Below, piece after piece: positions 30,922 to 40,729 of a DNA stretch of 64,000 nucleotides. The first letter of the stretch is position 1. Every line of letters starts with the position of its first letter. The stretch is from contig CAWBWQ010000001.1 of assembly GCA_963792535.1 (NCBI GenBank), forward strand, positions 448,001 through 512,000. Reading direction: 5' to 3'. The position numbers and the translations under genes were made by a program. This DNA is from an uncultured Phycisphaerales bacterium. GTDB taxonomy: Bacteria; Planctomycetota; Phycisphaerae; Tepidisphaerales; Tepidisphaeraceae. The notes beneath the pieces were generated by a model that saw nothing but the letters and a program-made list of their open reading frames with translations, had not been told where the DNA came from and ran no database searches.

Positions 30922-31200
30922 TCAGTTCGACGCGGTATCGATCCAGTTGGTTAGCGGCGTGCCGATGGGAGCCAGAGGGGAAAGTTGCAGTTCCTGTTTT
31001 CCAACAGCGGCTCGCAAGGCGGGGGGCGCGGTCAGGCTTGCGATCTGCAACTGCTGGTTCCACAGGCGAGCCTGCCGTGATTCGATTGCGTTGTGCAGTT
31101 GGCTGGTCTGATGACTCAACTCCAGCCGCTGCTGGCGCAGCTGCATCAGGCAGGCGGCAGTTGCCATCGTGGCCAGAAGGCAAAGAAGTAATTTAATCAT
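30922..31200 (-). CDS. Small bitopic coiled-coil protein, FtsL-like
   Basis: N-terminal TM helix, leucine-zipper-like coil and LWNQQLQIASLTAPPAL resembling the FtsL C-terminal motif; two genes downstream of rsmH. The CDS is likely; the FtsL identity is inference. Confidence 0.5.
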   Translation of the reverse strand: MIKLLLCLLATMATAACLMQLRQQRLELSHQTSQLHNAIESRQARLWNQQLQIASLTAPPALRAAVGKQELQLSPLAPIGTPLTNWIDTASN

Positions 31201-31237
31201 GGCTTGTCCACCGTCGCGTCGGGGATATGTAAAAGAA

Positions 31238-32131
31238 TCAGTCCGCTTTTGCGGGCAGCTTCAATTTCATATTGGGTCGGACCCTGTCACTACCGTTGAG
31301 CACTGATTCGTTTAAAGCCTCGATGGCGGCCACTGCGCTGGATGTTCCCACCTGGTCCATCGCGATTGACCAGAGCGTGTCGTTCGGTTGCACGACATAC
31401 ACAACTGATTTATCCACGGCGGGGGCTTCCGCTGCCGGCACTGCTGGAGTCGCCACAGAAACCAGTTTGTTTCGGCTATTTCCCAAAAGCGGGATGACAT
31501 AGCTCTCACCGGCGACGACAAGATCACGATTTTCCGCAAGACTGGGATTGGCGGCCACGATGGCGTCGCGATTGGCTTTGCATCCCGAGCCATACGCTTT
31601 GCGTGCAATGAGTCCCAGCGAGTCGCCGGGTTGGGCCTGATAGGTTCGTGCGACCAGTTTCGCCGGCGCGGGCGACGGCTGGGGATCTGCCGGAGCCGCA
31701 GGATTGATCGGTGGAATGACGGCGCCCGGACCGACCGCGACGAGTTGTTCACCGTTCTGTTCCGCGGCCTGGCGAAGCCGCTGGGAAATTGTAACCGACG
31801 GGTTTGTCGGGGCGGTCGGGGTGATGGCGCTGCGCTGCGGCGACGTGCTTGAACGTTCAACGAACCGCACCGGCGGCTGGGCGTCACGATGATTCAGTTC
31901 AGCGGTGATCACCACTGGCTGACTCGGTGTAATGACAGACGGCGCACGAAGCACCGGAGCAACATCATCATTGCCGGGTTCACCCAGCCCCGATCGCAGT
32001 GTGTCGCCGGCCACCTTCAGCGGGGCGGCCCCGGGTTCATTGGTGCTGCTGAGATAGTTCGACAGCAGGATGCCGGTCATGATGACAAACGCCAGACCAA
32101 CCAGAAGACCGATTTTTGTTTCACGGGTCAC
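31238..32131 (-). CDS. Membrane-anchored protein with two LysM peptidoglycan-binding domains
   Basis: N-terminal TM (KIGLLVGLAFVIMTGILL), Pro/Ala-rich linker, YQAQPGDSLGLIA and YVVQPNDTLWSIA LysM repeats. Confidence 0.9.
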   Translation of the reverse strand: MTRETKIGLLVGLAFVIMTGILLSNYLSSTNEPGAAPLKVAGDTLRSGLGEPGNDDVAPVLRAPSVITPSQPVVITAELNHRDAQPPVRFVERSSTSPQRSAITPTAPTNPSVTISQRLRQAAEQNGEQLVAVGPGAVIPPINPAAPADPQPSPAPAKLVARTYQAQPGDSLGLIARKAYGSGCKANRDAIVAANPSLAENRDLVVAGESYVIPLLGNSRNKLVSVATPAVPAAEAPAVDKSVVYVVQPNDTLWSIAMDQVGTSSAVAAIEALNESVLNGSDRVRPNMKLKLPAKAD

Positions 32132-32141
32132 GGGAACTCCA

Positions 32142-32255
32142 GAGGATGGAGGATGGAGGATGGAGGATCGAAGATGGAGGATGGAGGATTAAGGATTGCT
32201 ACGAGCCATCCTCATCCTCAATTCTCTATCCTCAATCTTCAATCCTCGATCCTCA
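32142..32255. repeat. Palindromic heptamer-repeat element (GAGGATN / ATCCTCN)
   Basis: About 8 GAGGATN units, a 10-nt spacer, then about 7 ATCCTCN units; fills the rsmH-LysM intergenic region. Confidence 0.9.
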
Positions 32256-33155
32256 GGCCTTTTCGGCCACCCGCAGTTTCGCTGACCTGGATCTGGGATT
32301 ACGGGCGAGTTCGTCGGCAGTGGGTGACAAGGGTCTTTTGTTGATGACCTTGAGAAGCCCGGTCTGCTCCGCTGACCGAAACGCCTGCTTTACCAGCCGA
32401 TCTTCCACCGAGTGGAAACTGATGATGGCCAATCGCCCTCCGGGATTCAGAAACCTCGGCGCTTGCTCCAGCAGGCGCGAAAGATTTCCGGTTTCGTCGT
32501 TCACGGCCATACGCAGTGCCATGAATGTCCGGGTGGCGGGATCGATCCGGTCAGGCGGCCCGGGTTTGAACGGGATCGCGTCGCGAACCAACTGAGCCAA
32601 TCGATCTGTAGTCTTGATCGGCGACTGACGGCGTGCCTCCCCAATTTTTCTTGCAATTCGTCGCGAATAACGTTCGTCCGCCAAGTTATATAGGACGTTG
32701 GCGAGTTCCTCCTCTGGCAGGCTATTGACTAAATCCGCTGCCGATCGACGCGTTCGCGGGTCGATCCGCATGTCCAGCGGCATGGCATTGGCAAAGCTTA
32801 AACCATACTGCGGATCGAACAATTGATTCGTGCTCAGTCCGAGATCGGCAAGAATCCCGTCCACTTTTAAAACGGCGGTCGCCTTCAGAACATCATCCAG
32901 CTCAGAAAAATTTGCATGAAAAAGTCTGCGACGACCGCAAATTGATTCAAGTTTTTTCCCGGCGAATTCAAGGTTCCTCGGGTCGGCGTCCAAACCGATC
33001 AGAAGACCGGTGTTTCCAAGCAGCGGCGCGATAGCCGATGAATGCCCGGCGCGGCCCAGCGTGCAGTCAACAATTGTCTTGCCCGCGGCGAGGTTCAGCC
33101 CCGCGAGTACCTCGTTCATCAAAACCGCGTCGTGACCTGTGGCAGGAAGATCCAT
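32253..33155 (-). CDS. rsmH: 16S rRNA m4C1402 methyltransferase RsmH (MraW)
   Basis: DCTLGRAGHS, ADLGLS, PLDMR, ISFHSVEDRLVK and NPRSRSAKLR motifs. Confidence 0.97.
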   Translation of the reverse strand: MDLPATGHDAVLMNEVLAGLNLAAGKTIVDCTLGRAGHSSAIAPLLGNTGLLIGLDADPRNLEFAGKKLESICGRRRLFHANFSELDDVLKATAVLKVDGILADLGLSTNQLFDPQYGLSFANAMPLDMRIDPRTRRSAADLVNSLPEEELANVLYNLADERYSRRIARKIGEARRQSPIKTTDRLAQLVRDAIPFKPGPPDRIDPATRTFMALRMAVNDETGNLSRLLEQAPRFLNPGGRLAIISFHSVEDRLVKQAFRSAEQTGLLKVINKRPLSPTADELARNPRSRSAKLRVAEKA

Positions 33156-33272
33156 GCTGGCAGTGTCGTTGAACGCCTGAAGCGGTCAAGCGGACGAATC
33201 GATGCAACAGCATGTTTGTTAGCGGGGATTCCCGGCGATTCACGGAACGGCGGCTTCTGGTATGTTCGCCGC

Positions 33273-34175
33273 ATGGCTCATCTCAAAGATTTCCTTCCCG
33301 CGGTTCGTGCAGTGGGCCTTCGAAAGTTTGTTGTGCTTTTGATCCGGGCAATTTCGCGCGATCGGCTTACCACGCAGGCGGCGGCGGTCGCTTATGCATG
33401 GCTGTTTGCGATGTTTCCGTTTCTACTGTTTCTGCTCACGCTGTTTTATTACATCCCCGAAAAGCAGAAGGTTGATTCAACCAACTTGATTGCCGAAACC
33501 GTGCATCGCGTTCTGGCTGAGGACGCGGCCGACACCATCATCAGCAATCTGAAAGAAATCCTGAACCATCCTCGATCCGGACTTTTGAGCATCGGGCTGA
33601 TCGTCACGTTGTGGGTCGCCAGCGGTGGAATGTCGATGACCATGACCGCGCTGGACGCAGCATATGACGCAAAAAGGATCTGGCCGTTTTATATCCAGCG
33701 TCCGATTGCGATTTTGCTAACCACTGTGGTCACCGTGATGATCGTGGTTGTGTTTTTACTTTTGCCGGTTGGAACCTGGATCGAAAAGATCCTGGCTGAC
33801 AGCTGGCATCTGCCGGCCAGAAGCGTGCTGGTCATTACCTGCGTGCGCTATTTCGTCGCATTATTACTTCTACACAGCATCCTCGTTTTGCTCTATACCT
33901 TCGGTACCCGCGCGAAAGAAGCTGGTCTTTTTCAGTCCAGGACGCTGTTCACGCTGCTCGTTTGGTTTTTTCTACAGTCGGCGTTTCGCTTTTACGTCGA
34001 TCGTTTCGGCAGCTATCAGAAGACATACGGGACAATCGGCGGCGTCGCGATCGTGCTGCTGTTTTTCTACCTGGACGCGCTGGTCCTGCTGATTGGCGCG
34101 GAGATCAACAGCCTGATCGATAAGACCAGACGCGGTGAGAAGCTGACTTTTACAAGGCCCGGTAATCCAAGTTGA
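33273..34175 (+). CDS. YihY/virulence factor BrkB family membrane protein (local frame error near 33920)
   Basis: AAAVAYAWLFAMFP, LWVASGGM and YQKTYGTIGGV...LIGAEIN motifs. Confidence 0.9.
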   Translation: MAHLKDFLPAVRAVGLRKFVVLLIRAISRDRLTTQAAAVAYAWLFAMFPFLLFLLTLFYYIPEKQKVDSTNLIAETVHRVLAEDAADTIISNLKEILNHPRSGLLSIGLIVTLWVASGGMSMTMTALDAAYDAKRIWPFYIQRPIAILLTTVVTVMIVVVFLLLPVGTWIEKILADSWHLPARSVLVITCVRYFVALLLLHSILVLLYTFGTRAKEAGLFQSRTLFTLLVWFFLQSAFRFYVDRFGSYQKTYGTIGGVAIVLLFFYLDALVLLIGAEINSLIDKTRRGEKLTFTRPGNPS

Positions 34176-34192
34176 ACGCCAGCCTGGAAGAC

Positions 34193-34783
34193 TTAAAGCG
34201 AACCCTTGGTGCTTGGTATGCCGGGATTCTTTGGGTCGATGGAAACCGCGATGCGGAGCGCCCTGGCGGTGGCCTTGAAGATCGCCTCGGCGATATGGTG
34301 ATTGTTGGTGCCGTATGGAACTGTAATGTGGAGATTGATCTTGGCCGCCGTTGCGACCGATTTGAAAAACTCCTCCACCAACTCGACGGGAAATGAGCCA
34401 ATAGCGTCAGCATTGTATTTCACATGATATACAAACGCCGGTCGACCGCTGAGGTCGATCGCCACCTGGGCGAGGCTTTCATCCATGGGAATCATTGCCC
34501 ACCCATAGCGATGAATGCCACGCTTATCGCCCACCGCTTTCTCAATCGCCTGCCCCAGGACGATGCCGACATCCTCCACCGTGTGGTGCGCGTCGATGTG
34601 CAGATCGCCGTTTGCGATAACGGTGAGATCGATGAGGCTATGGCGGCTCAGCAGGTCCAGCATGTGATCGAAAAACCCCACCCCGGTTTTGATCGATGCG
34701 GTGCCGCTACCATCGAGATTGAGGGACAACCGGATATCGGTCTCGTTTGTTTTTCGGGTGATTTCAGCGACGCGATTGGACAT
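34193..34783 (-). CDS. hisB: Imidazoleglycerol-phosphate dehydratase
   Basis: TGVGFFDHML, DAHHTVED, NNHHIAEAIFK and PSTKG motifs. Confidence 0.98.
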   Translation of the reverse strand: MSNRVAEITRKTNETDIRLSLNLDGSGTASIKTGVGFFDHMLDLLSRHSLIDLTVIANGDLHIDAHHTVEDVGIVLGQAIEKAVGDKRGIHRYGWAMIPMDESLAQVAIDLSGRPAFVYHVKYNADAIGSFPVELVEEFFKSVATAAKINLHITVPYGTNNHHIAEAIFKATARALRIAVSIDPKNPGIPSTKGSL

Positions 34784-34802
34784 TAGTTTCCCTGCGGTTT
34801 TC

Positions 34803-35927
34803 TCATTTCAAGCATCTGTGGCAACGTGCCGGGCGGATCATATACGCGCGACGCGTTTCATCACACCGGTTCCAGCACCGGAAGCGCCGGATTCCAGCGA
34901 GCAGCGCGTTATTTTCGTGGCTTTGTCCCACCGTGATTCGAATCTTGTCGCTCAGGCCTGGCTGGTCGAAATAACGAACGAGAATTCCCTGGTGCTTGAG
35001 CCCCAGATACGCTTCACGCCCGCGGCCATCCGGGGCCGTTGCCAGCAGAAAATTAGCCTGGCTTGGCAGTACAACCCAACCCAGCCCGGTTAGCTCGGCA
35101 GCCAGCTTTTTTCGCTCGTTCCGAACATTTTCCCATGTCCATCGGGCATACGCCTGATCTTCGATCGCCGCTGTGGCCGCCAACACGGAAATCGCATCGC
35201 AGTTGTAACTGTCTTTGACCTTGTTCATTTCATCAATGACCGCAGCCGATGCTATTGCATAACCAAACCGCAGGCCCGCCAGCGAGTAGGCTTTGCTCAG
35301 TGATCGCGAGATCACCACGTTGGGGTATTCTTCGACCAGCGAAATGCAATTGGAATCGGCAAAGTCGGCATAGGCTTCGTCGACCAGAAGCAATCCTTTG
35401 AATACTCCGGCCAGCTCGGCCACCCTGGCGGCTGGAATCATCGTGCCTGTTGGCGCGTTGGGGTTTGCCAGGTAAATCGCGTTGGCGTTGGTGGCGGACA
35501 ATGCCTCAACCGGCAGCGAATACCCTTCACCCCAGGGCACATGGATACAGCGCGCATCCTGCAGCTGGCTCAGCACCGGATACAGCGAATATGTCGGTGC
35601 GGGGCATGCAATTAAACCACCGGCTGGCACAAACGTGCGGGTTGCAATCGTCAAGATATCATCGCTTCCGTTGCCGGCGATGATCATATTTGAGGTTACG
35701 CTGTGCAGCTTGGCGGCAGCGGCGCGGAAAATGTCTGCCGTGGGATTGGGATACCGTCTGAGACTTTCCCCTTCGACGTCGCGGATCGCCTGCATCACAC
35801 GCGGACTCGGCGGAAAAGGATTCTCGTTGGTATTCAGTTTCACGACCCGCGCGCTGACACCCGGTTGCTCGCCCGGCGTGTAGCCATCCATGGCGCACAC
35901 GGTATCACGTACAAAAGTTGGAGCCAT
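34803..35927 (-). CDS. hisC: Histidinol-phosphate aminotransferase (true stop probably about 34861; C-terminal indel)
   Basis: KLNTNENP, NGSDD, NPNAPTG, DEAY and SLSKAYSLAGLRFG motifs. Confidence 0.96.
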   Translation of the reverse strand: MAPTFVRDTVCAMDGYTPGEQPGVSARVVKLNTNENPFPPSPRVMQAIRDVEGESLRRYPNPTADIFRAAAAKLHSVTSNMIIAGNGSDDILTIATRTFVPAGGLIACPAPTYSLYPVLSQLQDARCIHVPWGEGYSLPVEALSATNANAIYLANPNAPTGTMIPAARVAELAGVFKGLLLVDEAYADFADSNCISLVEEYPNVVISRSLSKAYSLAGLRFGYAIASAAVIDEMNKVKDSYNCDAISVLAATAAIEDQAYARWTWENVRNERKKLAAELTGLGWVVLPSQANFLLATAPDGRGREAYLGLKHQGILVRYFDQPGLSDKIRITVGQSHENNALLAGIRRFRCWNRCDETRRAYMIRPARCHRCLK

Positions 35928-36015
35928 GGACGAAGTCTAACATGCAACGGCGGTTGCAAGAAACAGAAACTCTGTTTCGTCACAATTCGAACAACGAAAT
36001 TTGATCGATCAACGC

Positions 36016-37339
36016 TCACCCTTCGGGCTTGATCAATCGCACCGCGACGCTGGCTGCATGCCCGTCGAGTCCTTCGGCCTCGGCTAGCGCGGTGATCGCG
36101 CCGGCATCGCCGGCTAGTCCGACGGCCTCATATTTGACGACGCTGGTGCGCTTGAGAAATTCATACACGCTCACACCACTGCTGAAGCGCGCGGTGGTAT
36201 TGGTTGGCAGGCAATGGCTTGGTCCGGCAACGTAATCGCCCGCTGCGACGGGAGACCAGGGACCGACAAATACCGCTCCGGCATGACGGAGCCTGGCAAG
36301 CGATGCCTGCGTGTTTTTCAGCTGGAGATTCACATGCTCGGCGGCGAAACGGTTGGCCAGATCGACTGATTCATCGATGGACGAACTGATGATGATGGCC
36401 GAGTGATTCATCAGCGATTTTTCCAGCGCAGCGGATCGGCCGCGGTTTTTCATCTGCAAGTCGATCTCTTTTGAGACAGCGTCGGCGAGGATCGGTGAGT
36501 CGGTCAACAAAAAACAACTGCCCGGGTCGTGCTCCGCCTGTGCAAGCAGATCGGCGGCGATGAAAGAGGGCACGCCGGTCTCGTCTGCGATGGTCACGAT
36601 CTCGCTGGGCCCGAGAAAACCATCGACGCCCACCGCGCCGGCCAACTCGCGTTTCGCTAATTGCACATAAAGATTGCCGGGCCCGACGATTTTGTCGACG
36701 CGCGGAATGGTGGCGGTGCCAAACGCCATGGCTGCAATCGCGCCCGCTCCACCGGCGCGGTAGACGTGTTCTAATTTCAGTTCGTGGGCCGCGGCTAGTA
36801 CGAGGTCGCTGCGACCATACTTGCTGGGCGGCGTGGCGACGACAATCTTCTCAACACCCGCGACCTGCGCGGGAACAGTCAGCATGATCAGGCTCGATGG
36901 ATATGCAGCCTTGCCGCCCGGGAAATATAAACCGGCGCTATCCAGCGGTGTGAATTTCAAGCCAAGTTCAACCCCCTTGCGCGTCAGTGGCGCGGGAGCG
37001 ACCGGAAGAATATGCGTTTGATATTCGCGCACCTGCGCGATGGAGCGGCGAATAGCGTTCAACTGATCGGCGGGCACGCGCGGATGCTTCGCGCATCTCG
37101 GCGGAGGTTACTCGGATCATTTCAGGTGTGAATTCGGCGAAGTCGAATTTTCGGGCATTATCGGTCAGCGCGGCATCACCGCGGGTCGCGACGTCTGCGA
37201 TAATGTCGCGTACGGCGGCGGTTTGAGATGCGTACTTACCGCCGGCTGCCAGTTGAGCGGCGTCAAGCCGAAGGTTGCTCAGCAACGATTCAACGCGTGC
37301 TGCGTGCTCGGGGATGCTTAACGACAAAATCGGAATCAT
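36016..37339 (-). CDS. hisD: Histidinol dehydrogenase (frameshift near 37075)
   Basis: YFPGGKAAYPSS, DKIVGPGN, GPSE, AQAEHDP and GDYVAGPSHCLPT; N-terminus in the 36968-37339 ORF. Confidence 0.95.
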
Positions 37340-37382
37340 GGCAGGATAGTAGCGGCGAAAGCGAGAATTGCAGCTTAGCGGA

Positions 37383-37952
37383 TCAACCGGTTTTCTTGAA
37401 AGCCTTGCGGTTGAATGTTATCGCGGCGAGCAGATCTTTTCCGTCTTTCAGCAATTGCATGGTTCTGACCGGATCGTCAGACACGGAATTCACAGTCAGC
37501 ATCACCACGCGTGGACCGACCGAGCGGTAAATGTGCAACTGGTCGGCTATGTGCTGGCCTACCTTGTATTTTTCATGAATGACGATGGCAAAGCGTTTGT
37601 CCTTTTCCATTTTTGGTGGCATCACAAGCAGCTGATGTTGCTGAGTGTGCATTTCCTTCAGCTTCTTGATGATTGCCACCGCTACCTGCTGAGCGATGTC
37701 GGGATCGACAGATGCGTCTTTGTTTAGCAGCGCGACGACCATCTGCCCGTCCTGCCTGCTGTCGATAAAGCTAATGCTTTCTGCAGCAGGATCGGGCTTG
37801 ACGGCTTTCCACTCGGACGAAGGTGGGGCGGGGAAATGGTATTGATCGCTGGCTATCGAAGTGTCTAGACCAGCGACTGGTTTAGTTGCAGGGCTCGCGC
37901 CGGCAAAAGAAATGAACAGTAGTAAACCCAGAGATCTGAGCTTGAGCTTCAT
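37383..37952 (-). CDS. Hypothetical secreted protein
   Basis: Signal-peptide-like start MKLKLRSLGLLLFISFAGA; fills the gap between hisD and the oxidoreductase. Confidence 0.7.
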   Translation of the reverse strand: MKLKLRSLGLLLFISFAGASPATKPVAGLDTSIASDQYHFPAPPSSEWKAVKPDPAAESISFIDSRQDGQMVVALLNKDASVDPDIAQQVAVAIIKKLKEMHTQQHQLLVMPPKMEKDKRFAIVIHEKYKVGQHIADQLHIYRSVGPRVVMLTVNSVSDDPVRTMQLLKDGKDLLAAITFNRKAFKKTG

Positions 37953-37989
37953 GGTACGCATCATACCAGAGCCGGTTGCAGGCGGTGCA

Positions 37990-39117
37990 TTAATCATCGA
38001 GCTGGCCAAACGGCAAGTGTGCAGGCATCGGAGCGGGACGATTATATCCGGCTGTGGGGACAACCATTTTCCCTTGCTGAGACGACTCTAAAAAACCCTG
38101 CATCAGATCCAGCACGGCAAAAGCCTGGTCACTGCCGCAACGGTGGGGTCGGCCGGATCGAAGGGCGGCGGCCATGTCGGCCAAACCTACCGAGCGACCG
38201 TATCCTTTGACGAACTGATGCGGCATTTCCACCACCTCGGTTCCGCCACGTTCGCGGAGTTGCACTGTTCCATCGAAACCGTTGGGATCGGGCACGTATA
38301 GCACGCCTTCGGTGCCATTGATGATGATGGGATGAGCTTTGTCATAGCCGCCGTCGATCACAGCGAAGCTTTGGACGATGGTGCCCACCGCGCCGTTTTG
38401 GAACTCCATTAAGCCGACGATGTGATCGGCGGTTTCGACATGGATGACTTTCCCTTTTTCAGGTTCGCTGGTGATGGTACGGATGGGTATTGCGATGGTG
38501 GCGATTCCGCTGATTCGCTTAACCGGGCCACATAAATTCAGCAAAGCCGTGAGATAGTATGGCCCCATATCGAACATGGGACCACCACCGGCCTGGTAAT
38601 AAAACGAAGGAGATGGATGCCAGTTTTCATGTCCGCGACACTGCATGTTCGCAGTGAAAGTTAATGGTTTTCCGATCGCACCGCTGTCGAGCATTTTCCT
38701 GGCGGTTTGGATTCCTGCACCCATGAACGTGTCAGGCGCACACCCGACGCGAAGATTTTTCTTTGCTGCCAGATCGATCAGTTTCAACGCCTCTTGCCGG
38801 TCGACTCCAAGCGGCTTTTCACAGTAGGTATGTTTACCTGCCTCGATCGCTCGCATTGCCACGGGCACATGCGCTTTGGGAATCGTCAGATTCAGAACGA
38901 TTTCAATTTGATCGTCGGCCAGCAGTTGATCGACGCTTAGCGCGCGCTGCACACCATATCTCTGAGCAGCGGACTGCGCACGGGCGTGGTCGAGATCCGC
39001 GACGGCGGAGATCTGCACCATAGGAAATTGCTTCGCCATTCCGAGGTACGCCCCGCTGATTGCTCCGCAGCCGATGACACCAACTTTTACTGTGTTCATA
39101 TCGTTGTTCTCCGGCAT
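37990..39117 (-). CDS. Gfo/Idh/MocA family oxidoreductase
   Basis: GVIGCGAIS Rossmann motif, AGKHTYCEKP and GGGPMFDMGPYY. Confidence 0.95.
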   Translation of the reverse strand: MPENNDMNTVKVGVIGCGAISGAYLGMAKQFPMVQISAVADLDHARAQSAAQRYGVQRALSVDQLLADDQIEIVLNLTIPKAHVPVAMRAIEAGKHTYCEKPLGVDRQEALKLIDLAAKKNLRVGCAPDTFMGAGIQTARKMLDSGAIGKPLTFTANMQCRGHENWHPSPSFYYQAGGGPMFDMGPYYLTALLNLCGPVKRISGIATIAIPIRTITSEPEKGKVIHVETADHIVGLMEFQNGAVGTIVQSFAVIDGGYDKAHPIIINGTEGVLYVPDPNGFDGTVQLRERGGTEVVEMPHQFVKGYGRSVGLADMAAALRSGRPHRCGSDQAFAVLDLMQGFLESSQQGKMVVPTAGYNRPAPMPAHLPFGQLDD

Positions 39118-39136
39118 CGATGCCGAGTCGCTGCAA

Positions 39137-39751
39137 TCAGGTCAGGAGAACCAACTTAGCGCCGCACTGGCAGCCGAAGGGTTTAAGCTGATGCGGGCGA
39201 ATCTTGGGAGGACTTTGAACTTCAATGGAACATCCGCAGCGTTCGCAACCAAATCGATCACCCGATTTGGTTTGGTGGGGGGCGGGTTGATCGAGTGACG
39301 ATGGATGTGCGTTTTTGGAGCCAGCGCCGGGCACCTCCGTCACCTCGCCGCGTTTATCCATGGCAAGGTTCGCCAGGGTGTCGGCCAGCTCGTTCTTGTG
39401 CCGCAGGTTGTGCTCGATAGAGACTTTTTCGAACTGTTCGACCAGAGCCATCGCGCGTTCATAAAGCGGTTTCATGTCCGGACTTTTTACGCGATAGATT
39501 CCCTTCATCTGCTTGATGACCAATTCACTGTCCCCGCGGACGATGATTTTGGTGGCGCTCAATTTTTTCGCTTCTTCCAGAACGGTGATGAGCGCCGTGT
39601 ATTCGGCAACGTTGTTTGTTGCCCGCCCGATGAAGCGGCCCAGTGTCACCAGCGGCGTGCCATCGGCGCTGGATACCACGACCCCGATCCCCGCCGGCCC
39701 GGGATTTCCCCTGCTTCCACCGTCAAATTGCAATGTCAGCGTTTCATTCAT
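39137..39751 (-). CDS. rnhA: Ribonuclease HI with C-terminal Cys4 metal-binding extension
   Basis: FDGGSRGNPGPAG, TNNVAEY, GDSELVIKQ and N..AD.LAN motifs; tail CERCGC...CQCG. Confidence 0.9.
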   Translation of the reverse strand: MNETLTLQFDGGSRGNPGPAGIGVVVSSADGTPLVTLGRFIGRATNNVAEYTALITVLEEAKKLSATKIIVRGDSELVIKQMKGIYRVKSPDMKPLYERAMALVEQFEKVSIEHNLRHKNELADTLANLAMDKRGEVTEVPGAGSKNAHPSSLDQPAPHQTKSGDRFGCERCGCSIEVQSPPKIRPHQLKPFGCQCGAKLVLLT

Positions 39752-39898
39752 AAGTCGGTTTCTACCATGTTCCTGCGCAACCGCGTAATAGGTCGTTACA
39801 GACGACACGGCGCTTTATAGGCGCAGCTCTATCGGCGCATCGGGCCGCGGTGGACATGCTGTATTAAGTGAATTGTGCATTTCGGAAGGGGCTTTGAT

Positions 39899-40651
39899 AT
39901 GACGATGCAACTTCTGTCGCAATGGTGGAATTTAATATTTGAGCTGCCGTTTACGCTGGGACTTTTGTACCTGGCGATTTACACGCTCAGCGGCTGGACC
40001 TTTGGTGAAACCGGCGCGGATCTGGATCACGATCTGGACGCCTCGGCTGATGCGTCTGTGGATGCTGATGCGCATCTGTCGCTGGAACACGACGCCGGAG
40101 CTGAAGGGCATGATTCGGAGGGTCACGATGCCGATCAGGACCAGACCGGCGCATCAGCGTTGTTAGCTGTACTGGGCTGGGTGGGCGTGGGGAAAGCTCC
40201 GTTGAGTGTTGTCTTGATGGTGTTGCTGTTGAGTTGGGGCACCATTGGTTTTTGTGTCAATCGAATTCTGGAACATCAGCCGGTTGATAGATCGATTGCA
40301 GCGGCGATAGGCGTCGCCGGGGTCGGAAGTATTTTGATGACGCGGCTGGTCAGCACGCTTGTGGGAAAATATTTGCCGACAACCGAAACCTATGCCCGGC
40401 GTCGCCACGAATTGCTGGGATCTCTCGGCGAAGCGCTTTACCCGATTGACGCCACCTTCGGCATGGTCACCGGGCGTGACGACCGCGGTGAACGTTTCGA
40501 AGTGGCCTGTCGAACTGAAAACAATCAGACGCCGGTTGCGAAAGGAACGCCCGTGCAACTGGTGGGATATTCGGCCAGGGAACGCATGTTTTATGTCGTT
40601 CCCGCCGAGCGCGGAGAAACTCCAAGACGGGCAGCAGTGGGCCGGACGTAG
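39899..40651 (+). CDS. YqiJ/NfeD-like membrane protein with OB-fold C-terminus
   Basis: Asp/His-rich linker, LGWVGVGKAPLSV TM region and C-terminal beta domain; upstream of a flotillin gene. Confidence 0.8.
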   Translation: MTMQLLSQWWNLIFELPFTLGLLYLAIYTLSGWTFGETGADLDHDLDASADASVDADAHLSLEHDAGAEGHDSEGHDADQDQTGASALLAVLGWVGVGKAPLSVVLMVLLLSWGTIGFCVNRILEHQPVDRSIAAAIGVAGVGSILMTRLVSTLVGKYLPTTETYARRRHELLGSLGEALYPIDATFGMVTGRDDRGERFEVACRTENNQTPVAKGTPVQLVGYSARERMFYVVPAERGETPRRAAVGRT

Positions 40652-40729
40652 TGAATCAAGCAGGCGGGGTCGATTTCGCTTTGCTAGCCTGTGCGAATGT
40701 AATTGTCACATCTAACTTAGAGGCGCAAC

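Noticed and set aside
32142..32255. CRISPR array
   Set aside because: The units are 7 nt and tandem with no unique spacers, and no cas genes are present.
39829..39856. GCCGATAG on the minus strand upstream of rnhA as a sigma28 -10 box
   Set aside because: No convincing -35 element and no functional link to motility.
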